From Podarcis bocagei (Eukaryota): a stretch of DNA of 64,000 bases. The position numbers were made by a program, and so were the translations under genes. Of the stretch, positions 1 to 11,300 are shown in pieces (the stretch's first letter is position 1; every line of letters begins with the position of its first letter). The notes under the pieces were generated by a model that saw only the letters and a list, made by a program, of their open reading frames with translations, ran no database searches and had not been told where the DNA came from. The stretch is taken from the NCBI GenBank assembly GCA_964188305.1, contig OZ076888.1; one strand, written 5' to 3'.

Positions 1-374
1 ATTACTTTTAAGCAAATAAACACAGTCTTCCAGTAATGTCTACAACATAAACATTTTGTTTTAGTTTGCATTCATTTTTATTATCTGAACTCATCGCCCC
101 TATATTACTCTTACAGGTGAATGCAAATATATTCAGCTTTTTAAAGAGGTGGTAAAGAGTAGCATAGGTATCGTGTTCCCTTCCCTTGTGCACAAACTAC
201 ATGGATAAGAGACATTTAAAAAGACACACACTAGATTCTTACACAGTAACCAAAAGGATCTTTGACATGCCTTTAGTGATTGTGGAGAAAAGCCCCAACA
301 CAAAATGACATGCCTCCTTCCAGTTTCCAGTGAGTGAGGCTTATGGTTTCATTTATCTAAATTAAGTCACCTAC

Positions 375-471
375 TTTGTATTCTGAAGAACCATAGTCTG
401 ATCCGTCAGTCTCCTCATCTGTGGCCATCACTGGAGCATCTCTTCCCGGTTTACATTATAATTCCAAAGGT
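375..471 (-). CDS. Candidate alternative 5' exon (coding 428-375, MATDEETDGSDYGSSEYK), probably of HK1 lying beyond the left edge
   Basis: Polypyrimidine acceptor ttgactttatccattctttacttttacag|, strong Kozak GTGATGG, 54 coding nt, phase-0 donor AAA|gtaggt; same strand as, and just downstream of, HKDC1. Confidence 0.55.
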
Positions 472-1551
472 CTGTAAAAGTAAAGAATGGATAAAGTCAA
501 ATTTCATTTAAAAACTTTCCACTTAGTAAAGCATATTAATTGGTAAGACCATTGGCCATGTCTATAATACTACTAGCACATACACATAAAATCAGCAAAT
601 CAGCAATTATGCATTTAATTAATCTTTTTAAATTTAATTTAATTTAATCAACTGGCCACGCAGCAACAGCTATCAGCCTCTTGTCTATTGCAGATTTTGC
701 CAACCTGGTACCTTCCAGATGTTTTAGACTACAATTCCCATCAGCCTCCGGCCAGGTTGAAGGCTGGGCTAATGCAACTTCCTGTCGATGAAGCAAAACC
801 AATGCTGTAAAATGTAACAACAATGAAGTACCTACTTTACTGTACACCAACGTGTCAACCTCAAGCATCCTTGACAAAGGCATTGCCACACAAACCTACG
901 ATTGAGTTGTATCTGCAAGAGAGACAGCTGAGACAGTGTGGACCAAGAACATGCCTTCTTGAAGAATGTTAGATGTAAATAATCCTCATTTGTGTCTTGA
1001 CACTCAAGATGATATGGTATCACCTTCTAGAATGGTATAGTGCAGCCTTGACTGGGCAGAATATCTAGCTGTAAATTGTTCCTGGCTTCTCTGTCACATG
1101 CATGCCACAATGAAAGAGGCTAAACATTTTTCTGGGGTGAAGTGGGGGGGTGTTACTTACTGCACGCTCCCATCTGCTTTGCTGAATTAAAAGCTCTTCG
1201 TCTGAAAACAAATTCTTCTTAATCTTCCAGGGACAAAAATAATAACAATAGCTGTGATTTATGTTCTCCAACAATGTAGCTTTGCCGCAATGAATGAAGG
1301 CTTTGCTATTGCTCTCATCATGATAACATAGCAGCTGGTTTTAGAGTCAATTCCTTTTTTGTATAAAATTTAATGACCGTGCAGTTATTTAAATTTCAGA
1401 GTAACTGCCCGGGCTTTGGAAGCACAATGCTGCTCTGAAAACACAAACTTGAAAGCAACAGGAAAGTTTCTGAAATGCCAGTAGGGAATAAACTTGATAG
1501 AGATATCTTGTGTCCTGCCCACAAATGCCTAAAAGTCTATTATTCTATATA

Positions 1552-1631
1552 CAGGGTGAGTCTTTTAAAAGAGGCCACGTGGAAGATGTGTACTCTGTAT
1601 CCACGGGGCCTCTTTTAAAGGACCCACCCTA
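1552..1631. mobile_element. 80-bp Tc1/mariner-type MITE (MADE1-like hairpin)
   Basis: TA|CAGGGTGAGTCTTTTAAAAGAGGCCACGTGGA - 16 nt - TCCACGGGGCCTCTTTTAAAGGACCCACCCTA|TA; 32-bp TIRs with 4 mismatches. Confidence 0.8.
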
Positions 1632-2284
1632 TATATACAACCTGTGTCTACGATGGAGGGGTTCCATCACCTCAAGCATAATCACCCCAAGAGGATCTTG
1701 CTTCTCATCTAGCTGCAGCCTTTAATTCAGGTATCAACCATTGTGCTCTGACCCTCTCTCCAGCCTTTATCAACCTGCAAACTTTCCCCACCTCTAGGTC
1801 ATGTAACACCTAACGTTTAACTATTCTAACCTAAGCTGTGCCCTTATCTGTTGAGGGACAGGGGCCCCAACCATTTGCCATGTTACAGGAGTCCCTTTGA
1901 TGCTTTGTTCTCTTAATGGTCCATCACCCGGGCTATAACTTTGTGGGAAACCAGCCTGGGTTAATTAGCTTTTAGCACTTGCTGATTCCACAGGATTAGA
2001 AGTGTCTAGCACACAGCACCCAAAGCCTCAGTTAAATTCTGACACTTGCTTGATCCAGAGATTGTAGTGGTCTGGAACCCACAAACTCATAACAGTATGT
2101 TATAAAATCCTACATCTTCCCCTTTATAGTTTTGGAAAGCATGTACCCTTGCTAGTTTCTCTTATTCATTGGCAATTGTTTGATCGTAAGTGTATAATGG
2201 CATGTAGCACTTCAAGGCTGCGACCTTATGCTAACTTACCTGGAAGTAAGTTCCACTGAATGGGGGGGGGGAGTTAATTTGAGT

Positions 2285-2836
2285 AGAAGTAATAGTGCCA
2301 CTGTATTCTGCTCTCGTCAGACCTCACCTGGAGTACTGTGTCCAGTTCTGGGCACCACAGTTCAAGAAGGACACTGACAAACTGGAACGTGTCCAGAGGA
2401 GAGCAACCAAAATAGTCAAAGGCCTGGAAACGATGCCTTATGAGGAATGGCTAAGGGAGCTGGGCATGTTTAGCCTGGAGTAGAGGAGGTTAAGGGGTGA
2501 TATGATACCCATGTTCAAATATATAAAAGGATGTCACATAGAGGAGGGAGAAAGGTTGTTTTCTGCTGCTCCAGAGAAGCGGACATGGAGCAATGGATCC
2601 AAACTACAAGAAAGAAGATTCCACCTAAACATTAGGAAGAACTTCCTGACAGTAAGAGCTGTTCGACAGTGGAATTTGCTGCCAAGGAGTGTGGTGAGGT
2701 CTCCTTCTTTGGAGGTCTTTAAGCAGAGGCTTGACAACCATATGTCAGGAGTGCTCTGATGGTGTTTCCTGCTTGGCAGGGGGTTGGACTCGATGGCCCT
2801 TGTGGTCTCTTCCAACTCTATGATTCTATGATTCTA
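2285..2836 (+). mobile_element. CR1 LINE 3' fragment (ORF2 C-terminus + tail)
   Basis: [25 protein letters not shown]...ERVQRRATK and RKNFLTVRAVRQWN are CR1 ORF2 motifs; internal stop at 2481-2483; ends in ATTCTATG repeats. Confidence 0.93.
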
Positions 2837-3703
2837 AGATTGCACTGTAAGTATGGCTCAGAAAGCCAGTTAAGCAAAACTGCATGCTGCAGCTGGCATG
2901 TGGCATGTGGCAAGCCCTTCCATTGTTCTGTGGCTGTGCTTTGGCATGCAGTAGCGAGGCTGGTGACCACACAGTGTGAATTGCAAAAGAGTCGGCCTGA
3001 AAGCACAAGTGAAGTTTGATCTTAAAGGGAAACCACCGAGTTTAAAACAAGAAACACGTCTCTAATCTCAGATAAAGCTATTGAAAGCATACATTGACAA
3101 TCCAATTTACTTTGCACCAGCTATGTGCTTTTTTATTTCTTATACAGTAAATAATATGTACAGAACAGGATCTGTACAGAACAGAAAATCTTTAAAGTCC
3201 ACTCGTTCCTTTCTTTGCTTTAGGTATTTGGTAATGTATACACCTCCTACAAAGCTTAACCCAACAACGTATTTCCATAAATTGAAAAAAAAAATGTTTG
3301 AAAGTCGCTTGTTGCAGCATCTTCTAAAGTATTAAAGGAATTATGTGTCATTAACAATCATACAAGGTCCTCCTTTTATTCCATATTTATTATATGAAAT
3401 CAGATTCCCACATACAAAAAGACAATGCTATTTGCAAACACCTTAGGTGTTTCCCTAAGCACATTCTCATTTGTAAAAAAAATGGAAATAGTTCTTGTTG
3501 GATTGACAGCAGCAGGAAACAGGGCCCTTTTAAACAAATACTTCAGGTCGCCTCTTGACAGGCTGAACACCCATCAAGCAGTTCCATTAAGAATATTTGC
3601 AACATTTTAAGTGGCAGCATTTCCGACACATTTCAAGAAGGAATCTGCTGTAACCCAAGTTGCCTGAGGTGACTGGCGGAGGCAGTGATGGTACCCTTTG
3701 CAG

Positions 3704-3810
3704 CTCAGGAGCCTGAGTTCAAGCCCCATATTGGGCAAAAGATTCCTGCATTGCAGGGGGTTGGACTAGATGACCCTTGTGGTCCCTTACAACTCCTGCA
3801 ATTCTGTATG
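3704..3810 (+). mobile_element. 5'-truncated tRNA-Lys/CR1-tail SINE
   Basis: gttcaagccccatattgggc (tRNA 3' half) + aaaagattcctgcattgcagggggttggactagatgacc... tail; similar to 28684-28817. Confidence 0.65.
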
Positions 3811-5009
3811 AAACAAAAATATCATGAACAAAAAATAGTGGTGCATTTTAGACTCTGGACATAGTCCAAGTATGTTTATGTTGTTTTAGGTGGTATTGTG
3901 TGTTGTTTTCACTCACAACTTTCAGCGACTCTTATTAAAATACAAAGTATTGGTTGGAGAACTGCATCTCAAAATTCAGATAGGTGTGAATTTTGAAGGA
4001 TAGCTGTGTGCCAGTACTCTTTTTTTTTTTGGAAAGTGCAGATTTGGTAAGATTCGCTTTTAAATGCAAACTGAATCAAATCTCTCCCCCATCCCTACCC
4101 ACAGGCTAATTTTTAAAGTGCACAGACTTATGCTCCAAAGCTAGTCACGAAGCCCAACACCTTAGCTTGATTTTTAAAGTGGAAAGTGGGGTCATAAAAA
4201 GTCTTTGAGCCACACTGCATATTGCTGTGGGCAGTCAGTAGATTATTATTTTCAGATTACCAAGTGGAATGGTGCAGACCAACCATCTCTCCTCTCTCCT
4301 TCTACAATGGCCTGGATTTCCATCCCAAGAAGCGCCAACAGCGAGCAACTCATTAACAAAACAATTTGTCTGAAAAAGAACATGGATTGATTACCTTTTG
4401 CACATCAGCCTTTTTAATTTCCTTTTCTAAAAGAAACAATAAGAAGTAAAACAACAGTGCCAGCTGCCTATCCAAGGATACCTATACAAGGACATAATAT
4501 CTACTTCCAAATTATGAGTTGTACAAAGGATATTTAGACGTGAATGCGAAAGGACATGGATGGGAAAGGGAGCAGTAGAACATATAAATATGTTTAAAAT
4601 AGTTGACAAAATAGTTACATTTATATGGCCTGGCTGTTTTATATTATGAGCGTAACACAGAAATGTCAAGTATATTGTTGTATCTCTAAACATAAGACAA
4701 CTTATGGAAACCTATGTTCAGATGTGCCTCAGTTTTGGCAAGAAAAACTGCTTTCTGTTTGCACAGCTGCCCAACCATCAGGATACAAGCAGGAGTGGCC
4801 AAACTTGGTGCCTTCCAGAGACTGTTGAATGACAAGTCCCAACAGCCTGGGACGATGGGAGTTTTACTCCAACAGCATCTCAAGGCCACAACATTGGCCA
4901 ACCCTGGGCCACAGAAGTGTGCACCACTTTTGAACTACTGCTTCGGTTGGTTTCACAATTATTATTATTTTTTTAAATCACTGCTACACACAGATGCCTG
5001 CATGACCAC

Positions 5010-5154
5010 TTAATTTTCAGCAACATTATGCACTCGTTTTGCAACAGCAGTAATTAAGGCAGCTCCCTTTCCACTCCCGTCTTCAGACAGCATGAATGTC
5101 ACATCACACTGAGGCGCCAGTTCTTTTACCGTTTCTTGCAAGATTCTAGAAAAG
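5010..5154 (-). CDS. HKDC1: HKDC1 exon 18 coding part (145 nt)
   Basis: [15 protein letters not shown]...[24 protein letters not shown] at 5012-5010. Confidence 0.96.
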
Positions 5155-5305
5155 CTAAAGAGAGGAAAAACAAAGCAAAAAAAATGCAATGATTGCACAC
5201 TGCTGTTTATTTCTTAACTGGCAAAATGCCTGTCATTATGATGGGTAGGGACAGGAGAATACAGAGGGAGGGCTTTTACACTGTAAGGATTGACAGTAAT
5301 CCAGT

Positions 5306-5371
<66 letters not shown>

Positions 5372-8300
5372 TCTGCACTCACAAAACACCTTGTACCCCC
5401 TGGCAGATCCCGCTCCCAGCGACAGGTAAGTCAACCAGCATCAGGGGCAAGAGGGCAAGTTCTTCTCTCACCTCAACTGTATCTGCAAGTACAGCTCTTT
5501 AGTTTTCTCCATGGAAAGTTTTCACTAATATAAGTGGGAGGGGAAGTAGAGGGGTGCCCTGGGGTGCAGCATTGAGGAGACAGCGCAGAACAGCTAATAA
5601 AGCACAATGTGGTGTGGATGGTCCAGTATAAATCCACCACTAATGCATCCATATTGCACAGGAACATAGGAAGGCGCCTTCCTATTGTTCTATCTAGCTC
5701 ATTATTGTCTGCACTAGCTTGTGGTGGCTCTCTAGGATTTCAGGCAGGATTCTCTCCCAGCCTTACCAGACATGCTGGGGATTGAACCTAAGACCTTCTG
5801 CATGCAAGACAAATGCTCTACCACTGAGCTATGGCCCTTCCCATCAATGACATGTTGCGGAAGACCTTCAGAAAATCACCCATCTCTCTAGTGGGGCCTG
5901 TAGCCCATTAAAAGGAGAACTTTTCCCAGCTCTTTATTACAAGCTTATGCAAGCAAGTGTAATAGGGCTAACTGATACAGCATTGTGGCAATTTTTCTTT
6001 TCCCCAACCTTTTTAATCCCCATCAACTAAGCAGAATATTATCTTTAAAAAATCGGTCAATTCTGCAAGGCAAAACAACAACAGTGATGCTGTGTACTCA
6101 CTGTGGGTGTAGTTTGTATAAGGTGCCATCCACACCTACAGTGGTTTTTAAGTGCTCGAGATTTCTGTTGTCCCGTATCTTCTCCACTATAGCGGCCAGC
6201 CCGGCCCCACACAGCTGGGCTGCTCTCTTGGAAACGGAGCCACAAACTTCCTTTACAATGATACTGTCATCACAAGTGCTGTCAAGCCCAAGCTGCTGCA
6301 AGATTCTTCTTACTTGAAGTAGGACAAGCCGGTCACTGCACTCAGCCAAAACACAACAGGCACTTCTGGTTAGGACACAGAGCTAGGGCCAAATGTACTG
6401 GAAGGCAGCACTGGTGTAAGAAGACACAAAGTCCTTTGCAGGGACACACTTTTCCAGCACTACTCCCTCCCATCTGTGACCATGCCCCTACTTTTTCTAA
6501 ATAAGTCGATAGATGAAGAAACAGTGAGTGAAGATCTGAGACAGGAACAAGGTGGGGGAATAAAGATCTATTTCAGGATCTGCTGCCCCTGTGGACACAG
6601 CCACCAGTCACCTCATTTTGCCTCATGGGTGGGCCAGCCCTGTGTCATGTTATGAAGTGGCAATCATCATTACCCTGTTCAGACTAAACAGGGAATTATG
6701 ATAAATAACTAAAGATTTCCTTGTTTCCTTGCTTTCACCTCAAAGGGAGGAGAGAAAAGGCTAAGAGCATGGGGAAAACATTTCTTGATACTTTGGCTTA
6801 TTCAGTCAAGATTTAAATGTCTGAATGCAGACATTAGTTTAAAAGCAGGATGCTACTATTTTAGCTCTCCTGGGTGAAATGTACTTTTCAAAATTAGCAT
6901 CATCCATGCTCACTCGATCCAAGGGCATAGGGAATAGCTGCTCATTTCCACCCCCTCCAATCTGAGGAAAAAGCAGAAAGGATCACTTAAAGTTTATGAA
7001 GCAGCAGTGCAAACAGTACAGACTGGAAGTACTTTACTGTTGAAAGCAGTGTGATACTGATGTTTGAAATACACTGGGTTCATTCACACCCAATAAAACC
7101 CAAGTAAAGTTGTTCACTGTAGAACTGCAGATGGCCCTGAGTAACAGGGTTCAGCTTCTCAGTCAACCAACACTTCTTTTCCCCAACTGTATTATGTTCT
7201 GATGATGTATAAAATATTTACAAAGCTGCAATCATTCTGCTGCTTCTCACTAGTCTGATATGTGTGAAAGTGGCAGGCAGTGGGGAAAATACTCTGTTAG
7301 TACAACACATTGTTTTACCTTTCAATCTGGGACAGGAATTTGGTTTCAAATATTCCTCTTGTTTTCAGCCGCTCTGAAATCTGACCCCGGAAGAGAAGTC
7401 CTTGCTTGGTCAAGTCTATCAAGATCTGTCTCACTATTTCACCCAGATACATCCCACTCGTCATTTTCTCATACCTTATATAGAAAAAAGAAAAAGGATT
7501 TGGACAGCATTTAACACATTTTCAGTTACCTATGCAAAAATGGGGCCTGGGATATAGTCTGTGCATACCACATGCCTTTTCTGAACATGTGCATTGACTC
7601 TTAGGATGGAAATAAACATGACAGCAACAGACTCATGCTTTGTAAGGTGTTTTAAAGTGGGATAGCGGGGGTGTTCTTAAGTGGAAAGATTACTCAAAGT
7701 TCATATATGCCTAGGAATGGAAGAAACTGTGATTTCTATTCCAAGCTGTGCTCATCACAATCAACAGTTTCCGTTGCACTGTACTTTGGTTTCCACTAAA
7801 TGTAATAACATTCACCTCATTGTCTGCTACTTAACATACTTTACGTAACTTACATTCGTTTCAATGTCAAGGAAACATCAAAACAATGTAAAAAGGTTAT
7901 TACTGTTGTACTGTTTGTGGACATAAAAACAGCTGTGAAGATGATGTGAACAAATACCAACTGTGTTCACTTGAGTGATTTCTATTCCTGACTACACATG
8001 AACACGCAAACTACTATTTCCTCCTCCTTTTCTAATAGAATTATCTGCCATTCCTACATACCTCCTGAAGACATTGCAATAGCGATAAAACGCCGACTGT
8101 TACCTCTGTTCTCCAGGATTCAATGACCCCTCATCCACTTCTTTGTCATATTTTGTCCTGAGATTATCTATGCAGCCATTGTCGCCAAATCCTCCCCATT
8201 CTGTATTGATGCACATTTTGCCCTCATCTCCTTCTACAATTTCTATATTACGCATGTCTTCCATGTAGCAAACATTACTGCCTGTCCCTGGAATGAAGAA

Positions 8301-11300
8301 AAAGGCATGTGTATTTTATTCCTTTAAAGCAACCACCAGGAGAAGCACAAAGACTTGGGGAATGAAAAAAAAACATTTCCTAGAAGAAGTTTGATTTTTT
8401 TCTGTAAGTGGGAGGTAAAATTTAGGGGCTAAAAGTAGGGGCAGGCAAATCTGTCAACTTCTGTTTTACTCACTCAGCTTCTCATGTTTCTAGTCTTATG
8501 TTCAATTCCCCACTTTAAAAATACAACACTAAGCGCTTATGAAAGTTCAGCAGCATTTCACTGTGAATTTCTTATAACAGACATATATTTGTAAGCAATG
8601 TTAATATACACAATTTTGCAAAGCAGTTTTCCAATATGTTTTGCATGTTGGTATTCTCTTTTCAATAATATATGCATGTAAACACACACTTTACTGCAAT
8701 ATATACATTTCTGTACACATTACATGGCTTTGCAAAATTCTGAGTTGTGTGAATTTCAAACAGCAGCTATGTTTCAGTTTGTATATTATTTCAAAAAGTG
8801 TGACTTGGGTAAAGGTAAAGGTAAAGGTACCCCTGCCCATACGGGCCAGTCGTGTCCGACTCTAGGGTTGTGCGCCCATCTCACTTAAGAGGCCGGGGGC
8901 CAGCGCTGTCCGGAGACACTTCCGGGTCACGTGGCCAGCGTGACGAAGCTGCTCTGACGAGCCAGCACCAGTGCAGCACACGGAAACGCCGTTTACCTTC
9001 CCGCTATAAAGCGGTACCTATTTATCTACTTGCACTTAGGGGTGCTTTCGAACTGTTAGGTGGGCAGGAGCTGGGACCGAAAGACGGGAGCTCACCCCGC
9101 CGCGGGGATTCGAACCGCCGACCATGTGATCAGCAAGTCCTAGGCACTGAGGTTTTACCCACAGCACCACCCGCGTCCCTGTGACTTGGGTAGGGTTACC
9201 TTTAAATGCGAAATAAATCAATTTTATGCCCTATATCTAGGTAACTAAGGTTCATATTATAACTTGGGATGCAGTGTATACCTCATACCACTAGGTGGCA
9301 TGCACCACTTTGTAGGTTCCCTTTCTCTCCTCATCTGTATTGCTCATAACATTATTAGTTTCCATCATTCCCATCAAGGCTCACTGTAATTCCCATCATC
9401 TATAATTTCCACCATCCCTGACTATTGGCCATGCTGACTGGGGCCAATTAGAGTCCAATGTCATCCAAAGGATCAAAGGTTCTCCCCTTCTTGCCCACAA
9501 GAATCCATCCCCAGAAACAGCAAGTTGACCAAGATTCCATCTCCCAAAAGATTTTAGCATATCATTTCACTGTTGGTTACAAATCTTATTCTGTCACACT
9601 CTGGAACATCCATACACAAGTGTTACAGGACTGCTTTTTACCTGCAATGAGGCCGATTTCGCAATTTGGGTCTTCATAGCCACATGTCATCATTGTCCCA
9701 ACTGTATCATTTACCACTGCTACAATATCCAGATCAAATTCCTGAAATAAAAAACTGATTTTGTGAATGGGCAAAGAGCGAAAAACAAACAAACACATAG
9801 TGTACACACCCTTTGATGTATTGTGCACTAAGCACTAGCTTTATACTATCTATCATCATGAAAGCACAATAAAAAGGATATCCGAAGGAGTCCACAGAAT
9901 GAAACCAACACCTTTGAAAGCATTTAGAGTATTTGCAGCACCTAGTGATAGAGCTCCATTTGGATAACTGAGATTCAGTTCTATACTACTGTCATAGCAA
10001 GGGATTGGTGCTTAAACCTTTGGGAGATTTCCCCACAATGGTACTCACATTCCTTCGTTTGATAGCTTCCCTGAGCATATCAACAACATCCTCTCCTTCA
10101 CAGTCTGTTGCCTTGAACCCTTTTGTCCACCCAACAAGAGTTCCCTAAAGTGGGGAAGTCATACAATCAATAAATGAAAGATGCTTACACCAAGAGGAGA
10201 AAAACAGGTAGAACACTTAAAAGTTGGATTACACTTTCAAGAGGAGCTTGGTTCAACATATTGCATTTTGGGGAAATATTAAAATACCAAAATGCTCCCT
10301 TTCTGATAGAGGGGGATGCTTCAGGGAACAGAGCAGGAGGGCTATACACTCTGTCGTTGTGGGTTTCCTGCATCAAGCAAGAGTCTGAACAAGCTTATCT
10401 CTAAGATCCCTTCCAAATGTACACTCTCTGGCAAAAGAGAGCTTGCCAACTCCCAAGGCAGCCCATTACATACTTGGCATTGGAAAGTTTAAACCAGTGG
10501 TACTTCACGGTATGCCAGGTGCCATAAGTAACTGGCTGGCCATGGCTGAAGCAGAAAGCTGGATCTTTTGATTACTTCCTGTATCAGCATCCCTGATGGA
10601 GGTGCAACACTGGTATCAGAAGTGGCCATGCAATTCAAACTGACTGCCTCTCCTGTTATTGTTGCAACACAAAGCCTATGACAATATAGAAGTGGTTTTT
10701 CAGTGTAGTGGTTTTTCAGTGCAGAAAAACCATATACATTGGACCCAATCTGAATTATTGTTTTTTATTCCACACATCCTTAATAATTTGCTTTAACTCT
10801 CCATGAGCTGCTGTATGCATCAGCAGCCTTGTGTCAAGCATGCCTTGTCCAAAGTAAATCTGCCTAAGTGCGTGTAAGAATGAGATTGTTTTTTGTTTAA
10901 CACATTCAATTTTATACACTCTCTGGTAAAACCTGTGATAAAACTCTTGTCAGTCCACAGGGAAGGGAAGGGAATAATAAAAACAATAATTAAATGTTTC
11001 TATGGAAAATTCTGCAAAGATTAAGCCAGATTAAAAGAGGAAACAAAACAGCATGTCAAATCTCAGCTCCCCTCCTTACCTTATCAATACATGCTTGTCT
11101 GCAGGGGAAGGAAAAAGTAAAGCCAAGAGGAAGTCGGGCACCCTTAATGCCCATGTACTCCAAAAAGTCTGCAATGCACTGGACAATGTGATCAAACAGC
11201 TAGAAGGGAAGAAAGAGAATATTATTGGAGTTCTTGGTGCTTTATGTTTGTAGAGTCGAGTCAGAAGAAGGCAGTGGAGGACAAGGACTGGGGAATGTCG

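Noticed and set aside
1802-2094. Solo LTR (TGTAACA/TGTTACA...TAACA ends)
   Set aside because: No matching TSD and no clear TATA/poly(A) layout; cannot support.
2232-2260. Perfect minus-strand donor CAG|GTAAGT as an HK1 upstream exon
   Set aside because: It lies in the common squamate cttacctggaagtaag palindromic repeat next to the CR1; no supporting exon.
2295-2759. Host protein-coding gene
   Set aside because: CR1 ORF2 remnant, 5'-truncated with an in-frame stop.
4787-4907. MER20-like hAT remnants (also near 717, 9400, 20950, 31100, 31350, 32600, 39520, 57900, 59690)
   Set aside because: Ubiquitous degenerate squamate repeat; boundaries cannot be fixed reliably, so not listed individually.
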